Positions 49,221-62,939 of a stretch of DNA of 64,000 bases are shown piece by piece. Source of the DNA: Felis catus (lineage: Eukaryota). The stretch covers positions 67,334,001 through 67,398,000 of the forward strand of contig NC_058368.1 in the NCBI RefSeq assembly GCF_018350175.1, in the 5' to 3' direction. The notes under the pieces were generated by a model. The model made no database searches and had not been told where the DNA came from. It worked only from the letters and a program-made list of their open reading frames with translations. Every line of letters begins with the position of its first letter. Positions within the stretch are counted from its first letter, which is position 1. The translations under genes were made by a program, and so were the position numbers.

Positions 49221-49381
49221 GGGGCGCCTGTGTCTCTCAGTCAGTTAAGTGGCTGGCTCTTGTTTCTGTCTCAGGTCATGGTCTCACAGTTCATGGGTTC
49301 AAGCCCCATGTCTAGCTCTGCACTAACAGGTGCAGAGCCTGCTTGGGATTCTCCCTCTCCCTCTTTCTCTGCCCCTCCCAC
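49221..49381 (+). mobile_element. SINEC lacking its tail
   Basis: ggggcgcctgtgtctctcagtcagttaag...ctgcccctccc. Confidence 0.85.
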
Positions 49382-50454
49382 TTAACTGAATTATAACTAG
49401 ATTAATAATGCAAGAGAAATGTCTCTATAGAAGCACAGTAGAAAAAATAAATTCTTTAGAAGTTCAATGGTTTATCCTAAAATTATTTTGCTACTTTCTG
49501 AAGAATTCATCTGTCTTAAATTCAGTTAGAATTTATGTATCATTTTATGAAGAAGCCCAGTTTACATTAAATAATTAAGTTTTTATTTAATAAATTCGGT
49601 AGAAGTTTATACAAAATTTCAAAACATGAAAATTATAATCCCTCCCAAAATATTTACCAAAATGAAAAAGAGGTTAATACAGGTCTTGGGAGAAGTATAT
49701 TCTGTTTAAAAGAGCCTTTCTAATTAAAAGCAAAGAAAAAACAATAGGCCATATTCTAGTTTTTCCTTCCCACTAAAAAATGTCTACTACAAGAGCATTT
49801 GGAGAAGGGGCATGTCTACATGACCCTGAACTGAGTCCGATGTCAAAGGAGCTGAGAATTTGATGCAAGAGGCCTCACAGTGGGCTGTTCAGACCCTTAG
49901 TGAATGTCCCAAGCCAGATCTGAGACAACACGTCACCAGTGCTATCATTTTGGAGTCTATTCTCCAAACAGGGGTGTTTCACCCAACAAGGGTAGCACCA
50001 GATGCCAGCATCTAGTGGGTCTGGGGCTCCAGGGGCTCCAGATACACCCATTCTTCCCTCCCCCACCTCAGTCCATGGGAAGTGTAGGGACCCACGGCAC
50101 TCAGATTGACAGAAGACCCTCAACAAAACGCTCTGTGGTTCAGACGTTCTCTAAACCTTAGTGCGATTCCAGCAGGTAAAGAATATTTCTGCTCATTAAT
50201 AACTGGTTTTGCTGAGGGCAAAATCAGTCAAATGATGATATGTACATTAAATAGAAGGAAAGGTCCTGCATGATAATGCTTTGCTATACTTTGGTACTGC
50301 GGCTTGCTAAACTGAAATTATGAAATTTTGTAAGATTATATATTAATACAAGTCAGAAGTAATCTCAAATTTTATATTCTCAGCATTCATGCTGTTTTCC
50401 CACCAATGTTTTCCCGTATTCTGGGGCCACCTTAAAAAAAAAAAAAGCACTTCT

Positions 50455-50685
50455 GGGACGCCTGGGTGGCTCAGTTGGTTAAGCGGTTAAGCGTTTGACT
50501 TCAGCTCAAATCATAATCTCACAGTCTGGTCTGTGAATTGGAGCCCAGTGTTGGGCTCTGTGCTGACAGCTCAGAACCTGGAGCCTGTTTCAGATACTGT
50601 GTCTCCCTCTCTCTCTGCCCCTCCCCCGCTCACATTGTCTCTCTCTCTCTCTCTCTCTCTCCCTCTCTTTCAAAAACAAACAAAC
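50455..50685 (+). mobile_element. SINEC
   Basis: TSD aaaaaagcacttctg; internal ggttaagc duplication. Confidence 0.92.
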
Positions 50686-51405
50686 AAAAAAGCACTTCTG
50701 TCCTAGGAATGGATAACGCGTCAAAATCCAGAGATAATGCACCAAAATCCAGCTGCAGCCATGGCCGTGTTGTTGGCTTTGGCTGCTAGTTGGCCATCAA
50801 GTGCACAAATATCTAGGGCTAAAATGAGAAGAGGTACCAAGAGATGACCTGGGAGTCATGGCGCTACCACTGAAACAGATACACCTCTTGCCCTGTTTAC
50901 ACAAAGGTAATTTTGGGGTCAGTATCCAGGATATAAAAGGAACTGAAGACAAGCGCAGCCAGAGAGGCTCCAGGCTCTGTCTGCTCCAGGACTGGGGTCA
51001 AGTGAACTGAATTTGTTTGCTGATTGGTCTGGGTTCATTCTCAACCCTGATGACAAATTCATTCTGATGACCGAGTTTCCCAAAATGACTGCAGATTAAA
51101 CATTTCCCTCTGTCCTCAAATTCACTTTATATGTTGATGCTTGCTTTGGATTATTCATTTATGAATAATTAGAAACCTCTTGGTAGGAAGGACTCTCAGA
51201 AGGCTGGAGCTGGCCGATAAGAAGCAAAAGAAAGAATATAGAATGAACAGGAGAAAAAACATAAAGTTTTTATGTAAAGGTGGAATTAATCACTTGAAAG
51301 CCAATCACAGCTGAAGACTTTAATTAAAGCACATACCGCTCACAAGATCAGTAAGACAAAACTTTCTAAGGATCAGCATTTCCTCTCATTAAAAAATTTA
51401 AGGCA

Positions 51406-51605
51406 GGGGTGCCTGGGTCAGTCGGTTAAGCATCTGACGTTAGGTCAGGTCATGATCTCACCGTTTGTGAGTTGAAGCCACGCGTCGGGCTCTGTGCTGA
51501 CACCTGGGAGCCTGGATCCTGCTTTAGATTCTGTGTCTCCCTCTCTCTCTGCCCCTACTTCTCCCTCTCTCTCACAAAAATAAACATTAAAAAAAAATTT
51601 TTTTA
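51406..51605 (+). mobile_element. SINEC
   Basis: Head with small deletion, (CT)n, A-tail. Confidence 0.9.
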
Positions 51606-52869
51606 AATGTAAAGCATACCCAGGTAGGTGGCCAGTGGATAATAGCCCACACAAATGATCAGTTATATCAGACTAATGACACAGCATCCATGGTGAGCAA
51701 ATAATTGCAGTGCAAAGCAAACAGTAAAAACAAAACAAAACAGAATTTCCGAGTCGGAAGGGTCTTCATCATCTAGTAATTAATTGTCTCATTTTTCACC
51801 TGAAGACACTAAAAACAGGTAAAGAGACTGCTCCAAGGGCACCCTGCCAGTCCTGGACCAGCCTGCCTCTCTCACTTCATTCCTTGCATTAAACTACGGA
51901 AAGCAGAACACCTGGACTTTAGTTCCAGCCCCGTCACTAATGAAGCCCAACAGCTTGGAGCAAGCTCCCGATCCCCCTGTGTTTCGAGGTTCTGAACAAT
52001 AAAACGGCCCCTGAGAGCCCTCCTGGCCCTCACATCCTAACGTCCTATAGGACAGCAAGATCAAATATGCCTCTCTGGGACTGTCAAAAAAGTACGGACG
52101 CAGAAATAGTCATGCATGCCTTACTTCTTGGTAACAGCCACAGCGCTTTGCAAACAAACCACTGCCAAAATTTAGCTGCACAGATATCATCGCAAAATGT
52201 TAGCACAGCTGAGGAATTTATTGATGGCAATTAATCTGCTGGCCCCATGGAAGCACTGGAAGGATTCATTGGGTCCCTGGCTTCTGTAACAGTGTGCTTG
52301 GGACTCAGGGCTTTCTGGTGGTCTCTAGCCCTTTCCTATGTCCCACTAGAGCTGTGTCTGAACGCAGTTGAGGGTGGCAAAGATTATTTTCTTTCCCAGT
52401 CTGGTTCCTTGCATGTGGCAACACAACCAATGATGGTGTTTGCCGCCCAAACTCACCCCCTACATGGTCTGGGTAGAGAATTTTAAAAGAAACAGAGGCA
52501 GAAGGGTGCAGCGGGAGGAAGCAGGGCCCCAAGTGATGGTGGACAAAGCAGGACTCCTCTTGGAACCTAGCTGACTCGTTTTTTAAATGAGTGTGAACCA
52601 TATGATTTGGGGCTCCTGTTTAAAAATTTTGGACCCTTTCTATGAACCTCCTGATGCATTACATAGATTCTTCACAGAATAAGATATTTTGTGTTCCAGA
52701 CATCAGTAAATGACACGGAGGAGGGAGAAAGCATTTTACTTGAAAGCAAATTGAAAATACACATTGCATAGATTTTATAGATGTGCCTGGTTTAGTCACT
52801 TCTCAATTTCTAAACAATTTATAACAACTATTAAGAATTTGCAAATTGGAATATATAATTTTAATTCTT

Positions 52870-53040
52870 GGGGCGGCTGGGTGGCTCAAGTCTGTTAAGC
52901 CTCCAACGTCAGCTCAGGTCATGATCTCATATTTCGTGAGTTCAAGCCCTGCGTTGGGCTCTGTGCTGACAGCTCAGAGCCCGGAGCCTGTTTCAGATTC
53001 TGTGTCTCCCTCTCTGTCTCCCCCTCCCCCACTTGTGCTT

Positions 53041-53094
<54 letters not shown>

Positions 53095-53127
53095 AAAAAT
53101 AAAGATTAAAAAATTTTTTAATAAAAA
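52870..53127 (+). mobile_element. SINEC with long (CT)n
   Basis: TSD aattttaattct. Confidence 0.92.
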
Positions 53128-53853
53128 AATTTTAATTCTCTAACACAAATGGCAAGGCCAGAATCTATATACATATTAACCATTTGCTTTCTCCTGAAGA
53201 GGTGATAAATGGTCAAGCATTATCACTGTTAAGGAGAAAATGATGATAAACAGATTCAGATGTAATGGTGTTAGGATCTACAAGTCTGGTATAGAAAATA
53301 CTCTTAATAATGTGGAACATTTTTCATAAACTTCAAAATTAATGGACAGAAAGTGATTTTGAAAACTGCCAAATGAATAAGCAACAATTGCTCTAATTAT
53401 CTCCCCAAACCTTGAACAGCTCCCAAATTTGCCCACACAGATATTATTCTGCACCTAAATATTCTACATTGAGAGCTTAAACATTACGATTTTCTTGCTA
53501 TTAAAATCATTTTGAAATGGGTACTTCACCCACTCCTTTCCCAGATCCAGGGTGTGAGAAATACCTACTGTGCGACGAATATTTTTGTTATCATCGGGCA
53601 CACGACTGACACAAAAATGTCTTATTCAGATGCTAAGAACGCAGGAACGCAGGGGAAAGAAAATATAACAGCATGTTAAAGGAGTAAGATGACAGATTAC
53701 TACAGATAGACTGAAAGCATAATCTCCAAACCTAAATGTCTTCCCTACTTTTGATACGGTGTGACAAAAACCACTGGATCAGATTCAAGGCTTGTGTTTT
53801 GGCATCTAAGTAGACTGTAGGCAGGTAGGACCCCTGATGGAGCCCTTGGTTAC

Positions 53854-53913
53854 CTTTTTCTTCCTCTGAAAGCTCTTCTATTGGTTCCAGTATGTGCGAT
53901 GGGAATGCCTGTT
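53854..53913 (-). CDS. DZIP1: DZIP1 coding exon (60 nt)
   Basis: catcaatag|AA CAG...AAA G|gtaacc; (E)QAFPSHILEPIEELSEEEK(G). Confidence 0.9.
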
Positions 53914-55404
53914 CTATTGATGAGGAAAAATAAGAACAGTACAAACAGGACAACAGCAAAGTAAAATTAGTTTCCTTGCAAACAACTTTGAGACCTATAT
54001 AGTTCCGCAGTATTTTAATCATGCCCCAAACAGCAGGATTCGCTGGGGGAAAATATATGGAGGCAGTCAGTTAAAGCTGGTCACTTTTTCATGATATCCT
54101 CTCTTTCCACGTCTTTTCCATCAAGTCCCCTCTCAGGAAATTATATTTTCAAGTAATTACACCCAGTTTCTCACTCAGCAACCTCGTGCCTGATGTGATT
54201 CTTTTAAGGCACAAGGACACAACTGCAAAAGGTCGTCTTCACTTATCCACACCCCCCCGCCAAATACTTTCCTTATAAGGTATTTTGATAGGGGGGGTAA
54301 AGAGAAAATTAATGAAGGGATTTCAGTTCGAAAAATAAAACTATTTGAAAATGCCCAAGGCTCTGGGATTCCCACTTGTCACTAGCCCCGGGGCCTTTAA
54401 GTGGGAGGACCGGGATGGTGGAGGACGGGTGGCCCGAGGGGCAGTGGGAGGACTAAGACCCTGTCCTTATACGCCTCTGTGTCCCCAAACCACGGTTCAA
54501 CACCTGCTTCCACTCCGGGAAAGACACCAGGGCAAGGCTGCGGACAGACTGCACGTGAAGGCAGGCTGTTCCCAATCCCACCCCAGAACAGGGCCCGGGG
54601 CGGGTGGTGCGGGGGGGTGCGGAGATGAGGCCTCCTGGTGACTGTGCACTAGGAAACCCACAGGCAGCACAGATAAAGCTAAATGCCATCCCATCAACAG
54701 AGGGAAAGTTCCTTCCTGGGGAAGGTCAGGTTTGGGCGTCAGGCAGTCAGGTTTCAGACACGGGATAAAATGCAAACAGAGATCTAGCTTAGGAAGTGCG
54801 TGCTTCACTCGTCTTCAGCTTGGAGACTGCCACAGGGACCTCCCCAGGGAGCTCTCCACCTGCACCCACAGGGCCGAGGCCATTTCATTCCACCACCTGA
54901 CCCCAGAGTGGGTGACCTTGAGGGTAGTAACTGCCAATTACTGAGAGCCCACCAGCTTGTCGGGCACAGATCTATGTGCTTTGCACAGATTCCCTCAGAT
55001 TTAATACCCCCTACTCTGATGTTCTAGATTTAATTTGCTGAAGGGTACTTCTGGTACTCTGTTTTAGGCATCTACAAACATATGCACACACATACAGGGA
55101 TACACAAATAAATACATATATGTTATACTTAAGTATATATAAATAGGCTCTTATAGCTTATTCAGCAACCAAGTCAACCTATCTAACGTTGACTGGGAGA
55201 AATGCATTTTAAACTATCTTCCAATGAACTTCTGGAACACAGCCTAGCAAATAGTAGTCTGCTTTAATTTTGAAACATGAACATGATCACACAAAGAAGC
55301 ATTTAATTACATCCATGGACCACGGCTGCTGAACATTAGAAATGTGTTTTCGAATTTGTCATTCAGCAGCAAGATTTTAAAGTCATATAAATAAAGAAAA
55401 AATC

Positions 55405-55548
55405 CTGTAATTATGTGTGGCGATGGATGTTAACTAGACCCTGTGGTGATCATTTCACAATATATACAATTACCAAATCATTATGTTGTACACCTGATAC
55501 GTGTTATAGATCAATTTTATCTCAGTAAAATATTAAAAAAATTAAAAG
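55405..55548 (+). mobile_element. L1 3'-end fragment
   Basis: gatggatgttaactag..tgtggtgatcatttcacaatatataca..tcattatgttgtacacctga. Confidence 0.75.
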
Positions 55549-58500
55549 GTAAAGTTACACAAATAGACTATTTACTAGTTTGAACTGCTGAAAGTAGGGA
55601 TTTTTAGGAGGAGAGCTAATTTCAATTTTTAAAGTCACATGGTATATATTTTATTATACTTTATGAAAATGACAAAAATAAAGTTATGAGGAAAATCTCC
55701 CTAAAATCTCCCCAAACCATCATATGCATATTTATTATCATTGTATTACAGAGATCATCTTAGGACTTATTTCTCTGGAGTCAGGATAAATCTTCAAAAC
55801 TGTGACCTTTGCTGCTGTGGGGCAGAGGACAGGGTTCTAGGGGAGGGAAGCCAGGCTCCTACAATAAAGCAAGTGAGGCCCACCAGACCCCAGCTCCCTA
55901 AACTAGCAGACTGATGTCCAAGTGTGAAGAGAAGGGCCTGCCATTCTTATGCATTATAAGCCACAGGTCCAGCCTCCAAACGACCCAGTTCCTGCCCTGG
56001 TTTGAGATCTCTATCCAGGGTGAGAGCTGAAGTCTCTCCCCTGTGAATGCTCCAGAGGCTTCCAGAAAAATTGTTATGTCAGTCTCCTACCATAACCTCC
56101 AGAAGACAGACTCTTAGATCTCTATCCAGCCCTTTGGCACTTGTTGGCCGCACCCCAGAAGCTAACGTTTGGCCAGGGCTTGCTCACTGGCTCCTGTTCC
56201 AAAGGTCCTGCTTCACCTGATCCTCACCACAGCCCACCAAAGTAGCCATTACTACTCTCCCCATTTGTCAGGCAGGGAAACCCAAACCTACGGCTTCCTG
56301 AGTCAACTATGAATCCAGACTGTCTGCTTCCCTTCAAAGTCTAGGCTCTTGGCCATGAAGCCATGTGCCTTCCCACTGGCAATGGCTGCATCTGTCTCCC
56401 AGAGTCCTCTAAATGGCACGGTCTCCGTGAGCTCATCGTGTTCTTAACCCTTCCCTCATCCTCGCCTGAACCATCTGCACCTGTACCTTTCCACCAGTTC
56501 CCGGGAATGGCTGGTATGTCTGCTCCCTCTTGTTTCAAAACCTCAACCCCAATTCCTAGGTGAAGAATCTCCTGTAGACCACTACTCGAGCCCCAGCTGG
56601 TCTCTCCAGCTCCTCTGATTCTTCAAATACACTCTGGTCAGGCTAAGCTTCCGCAAGCTTAGCCCTCCAAGTCTGCCACACCCAGCCTCAAGAACATTCA
56701 GAAGCTACATAATGTCACAAGAACGGCCTGAACAGCTATAGTCTGGCACACGGCGCTTGCCATGAACAGTCTCAACCAACCTTACTTCCTTCAAATCTCT
56801 TCTGCATACTCTATGCTCAGCCAAATAATTCATCTGCACCATTAATTCACATCTAGTGCATTCCTGTTACCTTTTGCTTCTATTTTTTGCTTTGTCTTGG
56901 CTGAAAGGAGTGGCCTACACCCCTGCCTCCTCTCTGGGACAGCCCACATCTTGTAACTGATCGCTCGATCCAGGAAAATTCTGAACTGCCCATCCCAGCT
57001 CTAAAGCCCCCGGTGAGATCTGACGAGGCCTCCACTGCAGCTGTATCTGGGTTCAGCATCCCCTTCCACCCACGTCTTCTCTCACGGGGGTTGTCCAAGA
57101 GCACTGCCCAATAACCTCCCACCTGCAGATCTCCAGCCTAAGACAGTAAGTAATCATGACATTTCTCACAGTAAAGAACCTCATCAAGCTCTGACATGGA
57201 AAAGGAAAGACTGAGACGTAATCGGGCTAAATAATGTTATGCAATACAGACTTACTCTCCCTGCCCCCTCCCCCACCCCTACCGCTGGGGACACTGCCAT
57301 GGCTGGGGGTGGGGGGCAGGTCAGTGGGCCCCCGTACTAGCCTCCTCCTTGCTCCTGCCCATTGAGATACTCACAAATCAGCTCAGATCCCAATCCAAAG
57401 ACTGCAGGCCTCATGCCAGGTCTGGCTGGCATTTAAAACTAGCATTTTAATCCCAGCAGATGCCAACAAGGGGGCATGGCTGGTTCATGCAGTCCAGCTC
57501 CAATCAGGGCAAAGTCCATAAGGAACACAGTGCTTTGAAACTGATGGATTTGTCAGGACTCTTGAATTAACTCCAGACAGCTTACTTACTTACATACTTA
57601 CTATAGAGGTCCAAAATACTAACCATACTTATTATAGCGGTGCCAAAAATATTTATATTTTTTGTTTTAACAAAGAAAATGTAGACCTCAGACACTGTCC
57701 CACAAAAGGCTAATGATAACAAAGTAACAAAAGACAGAAGAAGAAACTATAGCACGCTGTGAAAGTACAGAGAAGCAGTCAGCAATGCATTATAAAAATC
57801 AACCCTGAAAAAGAAGGCAAGACAGAGATTTTAGACCCAAGATAAAGAATACGAGTAGAGAGCAATTGCCAGGGGAAATTTTCTTGTCTATTCAATATTA
57901 AAGCAAATTTACATAGATGCAACATACATTTTATCTCTTTTACTGGCCCAGAGGGAGAAAACCTGAGTGTTCTATAAACACTTGCCAATAATAACACCCA
58001 CTAAGTAGGGAATTTATGCAACACATAGTGTGAACACATATGCTCAAGGGTATTGATCTTCCTGAAATGACCTTCGGAAAAAAAAGTGAGGGGCAATAAA
58101 CACTTCATGAGTCCATCAGTGAGCAAAGAGATAATTACAAAAGGCCACAATTGTATGAACCACAACACTTCTGAAGACACAAAGTCTGAGATGACTGACC
58201 ATGGATTTAAGTCTAACTAAAATGCAATGAAGTAATCATTTATATTCCAGAAGCATTTGTAGATAACAGAAAAAAGCTGATCCCTCTCCCATTTTAATTC
58301 AGTTAATACACAGGTGACCACAGGAAAACAATGTACTAAAAACATGCTTGCAAAGACTGTAAACACTTTAATAGTGTAAAAATAAAATATGGCTACAAAA
58401 ATTCACCCTATCTATTGGATCGTGTGATTAACAATTATCATCCTTGTGCCCCTGGTCCAAGAACGGACTCCTGGCAGTGATTTCCACCAGTGGTTCCTAC

Positions 58501-58970
58501 TTTTCCCTTTGGTTTCCGTCACATGTCTTTTCTAGATTTTTCCAACCAATCGCTGAAACTGTTTGTTTAAAAAAGGTGATTTGCTGCCACACTGAAAGTT
58601 ACAAAAACAGTCACACATGCCCTGTGGCACGTGCTGGTTGGCTGGTCTAGTAGAAAATCACCTTCTTACCCAACACCTACTACTTTCCACCCGAAATCAC
58701 ACATAATCAAAGTACTACTCAAAGTTAAAAATCTCTGCTTGTGAGTCCAACAACACATACAGGTTTTACTTTATGACTTTAGTAGGTATATTCACAGTTT
58801 ATGATAATATTACATATGAAGGCTGTAGTTTTATTAACTGTTTTGCACTTGCTAAAACGTCTTCTGTTTTGTTTTGCATAATTACCCCCACAGAAGCACT
58901 TTTAGTTAATAAGTTCTCTGACTCAGGGCAGAAACTGCACATAAAATGCTGAGACTTGGCTGAAACTTAC

Positions 58971-59027
58971 CGTGTGCCATTGTTAGACTTGATTTAGCAT
59001 CCAAAGTCTGTGGGGCTGAGGCAGTCA
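58971..59027 (-). CDS. DZIP1: DZIP1 coding exon (57 nt)
   Basis: ctgtttcag|TG ACT...CAC G|gtaagt; (M)TASAPQTLDAKSSLTMAH(E). Confidence 0.87.
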
Positions 59028-59194
59028 CTGAAACAGCACAAACAGAGAAAGCTCACAGGCTCCCGTAACAAAAGCATAAGCATCTCAACTTGATGATAAT
59101 CAAGCACTCCCCCAATAAGTCAAGATATATACAGATCCTAAGGGACAAATGTTTCAGGTGACAGTCACCAGCTAACCTAAACCAATTCTCTGTA

Positions 59195-59640
59195 ACAGCT
59201 TTATTGAAATGCGGTTTGCCCTTTGAAAATACAGAATTCAGTGGTGTTTAGTGAACTCAGAGTTGTACAACCATAACCACTACCTAATGTTAGAACATTT
59301 TCATCACACACGCCCAAACATCCATTAGCCACGACTCCCCATTTCTTCCTACCCATGGTCCCTGACAAGCACTGATCTACTTTCCGTCTCTGTGGATTTG
59401 CCTCATTTCGGGCATTTCATATAAAATGGACTCAAACATTGTGGTCCTTTGTAAATGGCTTCTTTCACTTAACACCACATTTTCAAAGTTCATCTATGTT
59501 GCACATAGCATGTTAGCATCAGCCAATTCCACTGTATGGACTGACCACATTTTATATATCTATTCATTAGATGATGGGCATTTGGGTGTTTCTACTTTTT
59601 GGCTGTTGTGAATAATGCTGGTATGAACGTTCATGTACAA
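59195..59640 (-). mobile_element. L1 (L1MB-like) 3' fragment
   Basis: aacagctttattga...gttgtacaaccat...tctgtggatttgcct...gatgggcatttgggt...gtgaataatgctg. Confidence 0.8.
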
Positions 59641-59770
59641 TAAATCAATTTTAAAAATCCAATCACTGGGCTGGAACACATTGTGAGAAGGCATTAACTC
59701 AGTCAAAGCCTTTAGAGAGAAGTCTGATTCAAGTAAGACTAAATGCTCTCTACTTTTAAAATATCGTCAG

Positions 59771-59905
59771 TCGCGTCAGGCTCTGGGCTGATGGCTCAGA
59801 GCCTGGAGCCTGTTTCCGATTCTGTGTCTCCCTCTTTCTCTGCCCCTTCCCCGTTCATGCTCTGTCTCTCTCTGTCCCAAAAATAAATAAACGTTGAAAA
59901 AAAAT
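59771..59905 (+). mobile_element. Young 5'-truncated SINEC_Fc-type element with perfect TSD
   Basis: TSD tttaaaatatcgtcag on both sides. Confidence 0.94.
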
Positions 59906-60234
59906 TTAAAATATCGTCAGAAAATTAGATTCCACAGCCTCCCTTCCAGTATTTGACAATTCTTACCTGAGGTTCCTCTCTGGACTATGTATTTGTTAGT
60001 TTTCTCTTCCACTAGCTTATTACGATAAATCTTTAATTCTAATCTTACTCTGAAAAATACTGGCCACAAACCTTAGCTTCCTCCATGGGCATACATTTTT
60101 GTCTTTACAACGGCCCCTGGTGAAAGTGTTCAACTCCTAGCTGTGTGTAAATTACACACACAGACCCTAGAAACAAGACCCTGAAAACCATTTGCAACTT
60201 TCATAATCTAGATCAAGGTTTGCAAAAGTAAAAC

Positions 60235-60300
60235 CCATGGAATATACTGGTCCACAATCTGTCTTTGTAAATAAAGTTTTATTGGAACAAAAGATTGTTC
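60235..60300. mobile_element. hAT-Charlie (MER58-like) DNA transposon fragment
   Basis: ctgtctttgtaaataaagttttattggaac motif. Confidence 0.5.
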
Positions 60301-61248
60301 CAATATTGTGCCAAGTACAAAGTATGAACAATAACAATTTAATGCCTTTTAACCTTGTCATCCTTCTACAAAATGCATTTTTTCCATAAGATGTAAGCCC
60401 AGTTTTTACCATCCCCTCAACCCCACTCTTGGCACTAACCTGCCCTTCCCTCCTCAGCACTTCTCAACCTCTTCTGCTTGCAGAAGTAACATCGAGAGGC
60501 CTCCAGAAGCATTTGAGAAGACTGAGCGGTGAAAACCATTAGCATTTCCCAGTCAATTGTGCCAAATTCGCAAACATGCTCATCACTACTGTCCTGGGCC
60601 CATATGAATGGTACCGTCACTCAGTGCCTAGCCTCAGCCTGGCCACTTCCCTGGTATTCTGATCCCTGTTTGCACGCACGTCCTCTCTTGTCCAGGATCA
60701 CCCTTACTTCCTCCATCCTTACACTTTCCTGAATGGACTAAAAGAATACTAAGAATATTTCAACTGTTTAACTATTATTAGGAAAACAATCTTTCCGTTT
60801 CTAAACTCTTCAGATTATGTCTTTGTGGATTATAGCCAAACCCTGATGGTTCCGGAAGACAGACTTGCCAAGCCCTCCTCAAGTGAGTGATTGACGGAAC
60901 ACCAGGTCAAAGCCTGCAGCACTGACCCTCAGCGATGCCAAAATGTGGCGGCCACCCCACACAGTCACATTGTAAACCCACAAGTACAAGCGTGGGAGGG
61001 ACACAGAGAACAGACCTGACAAATAATAGGTTAGGTATGGCTAACCAAAATCACCACAAAATTACATAGATATTTACAGTCTTGTCTTGGGTTTTAGAAC
61101 TAGGTCAAAGCCAGGAATCAAAATAGATTATTATATACTCTCCAAACACACTGGTTTTCAAAGAAGAGTCTCTAAAAATAATAAGTCATGTATTGGTTTA
61201 GCACTATTAAAGTATCTTTTGAACCCTGAGGCTATTACAGAAACTTAC

Positions 61249-61305
61249 TAGATACAGGTGGGGCAGTTGGCTTAGATTCGAATGTTTGCCAGGTTAAAGG
61301 ATTCC
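61249..61305 (-). CDS. DZIP1: DZIP1 coding exon (57 nt)
   Basis: tatttcag|GG AAT CCT...TCT A|gtaagt; (G)NPLTWQTFESKPTAPPVS(M). Confidence 0.9.
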
Positions 61306-61964
61306 CTGAAATAAAAAAGTTAATTAATTAATAACAAAAATCACAAGCTATGGGTCATATTTTGCCAGCCCTTATACTAATCTTTTCCCTCAGGAAAAAA
61401 AAAATTACCAACATATAGTCACTCATCCAACGGAGTAAAGGTGTTTAACATAAGTCCTTATAAAACTTCTTCCTAAAATTATGGTCAGTCAAATATTTAT
61501 GCTAAGTAATTATATAGGTATTGCTCACTACCTGGACTCTCACCATTTGAAGAGAAGTTATAGGGGACAATAGCCCTTCCCAAAGCTTTATCTCAAAACA
61601 AGAGGGAACCAAGTATGTAGGTCAATGGACCCCCACGACCCCCAGATTCAAGGAGGAAATGTAGCTCATGCACCCATTACCAATCCCCAACCTGTGCTCC
61701 TCAAGCAGACAGTATCCCTTTAACAACCTGAGACAAGCAGGAACTTGGATTATTTGAAAGGGGTCCAGACAAAGGTAAGTTTTATGCTTTATCAGGAAAC
61801 CCTGCACTTCTGGCTCCAGCATCCCTTCTAGACTCGCTCCTGAATGAGACGGGGATTGTCTGTGCCCCAACTGTGCCTAGAATAAATCTTTAATCTCCAA
61901 CTGCCATGGCTGAGAATGACACAGGAAGCCTCTCCAGTACTTTAGAGAAACTGAGGTTAGGGTC

Positions 61965-62160
61965 ATTAACAATAGTTGTTGCCAGTGTTTAACAGGTGCA
62001 CTTTATATATGCTCTCCCATGTAATCCTCATAACAAGACTATGATGTAGCTAACTCTTCAACTTTAGAGCTGAGGAAACTGAGGCAGAGACTCACAGAGC
62101 CGCACAATGCCAGAGATGAGTGCTAAGCCCAGTCTGTCTCTAGACCTTTTGCTTTTAACT
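61965..62160 (-). mobile_element. MIR relic
   Basis: taatcctcataacaa...gaggaaactgaggcagaga core. Confidence 0.7.
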
Positions 62161-62445
62161 GTAAATTCACCTTATGGCACATCAGTCCAGAGGTATGGTT
62201 ACTAAGGATGTATTTTGTGCATAACAGTATTCTGATAAAAAGTATATAAGGCCATTCAACAACAGTCTAGGTATTTAAAATTCTTCAACTTTCTGGATCT
62301 CAGTAACAGATCGCTAAAATTAAAGTCACCACAGGAGTGTCATCTTAGGGCCTGTCAACCATCGGGACCCCACATTCTTCTGATGACTGGTGCACAGTTA
62401 GGGAGGCCCGCCTTGCCTCCAACACTGGGATCCTGGTCCACTCAC

Positions 62446-62494
62446 CTTTGGGTTCACTGACAGTGTTTAATGGTCTACTGGTAAACTCTTTAAT
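62446..62494 (-). CDS. DZIP1: DZIP1 coding exon (49 nt)
   Basis: ctttgcag|ATT AAA...AAA G|gtgagt; IKEFTSRPLNTVSEPK(G). Confidence 0.92.
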
Positions 62495-62939
62495 CTGCAA
62501 AGAAAAACAGTCTTCTAACGATTCATGTTTGAAACCGGATAGGGACATGCTAGATAATGGACAAGATAACTGTACTTAGCAAATTAACTTTTTTCATGAA
62601 ATCCCCCAAAGACAAAGGACAAATGGACTTTAAAGACATGAAGGAAGTTTTATAGAAGCAGCATTTGGATTGGGCTTCTTCTCAAAGTAATCACGAAAAG
62701 AAATTCTTCTCTTCAAATTTATTCTAAATTCCAGTTGAATAAATCTGCTTGCTCTTTACAGGTTTTTGAAAATGCCTTGAAAAAACTATTGGATGTGCTT
62801 TTACAAACAACCATATGGAAGCAAATATCCTACCTCCTTTATCTTATCCAACTTACAAATGCTCTAAAATAAAACAAAATGTTCTTAGATAAATTGCGCT
62901 ACTTAAGGAAAAACAGTGCCAATATACAGCCCCAAATAC

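Noticed and set aside
229..53109. Many 60-95 aa ORFs of the type MAQSVKRPTSAQVMIS.. or ..ERERE..
   Set aside because: Translations of SINEC copies, not genes
221..59905. tRNA-like A/B box sequences
   Set aside because: All lie within tRNA-derived SINE heads; no complete cloverleaf tRNA gene
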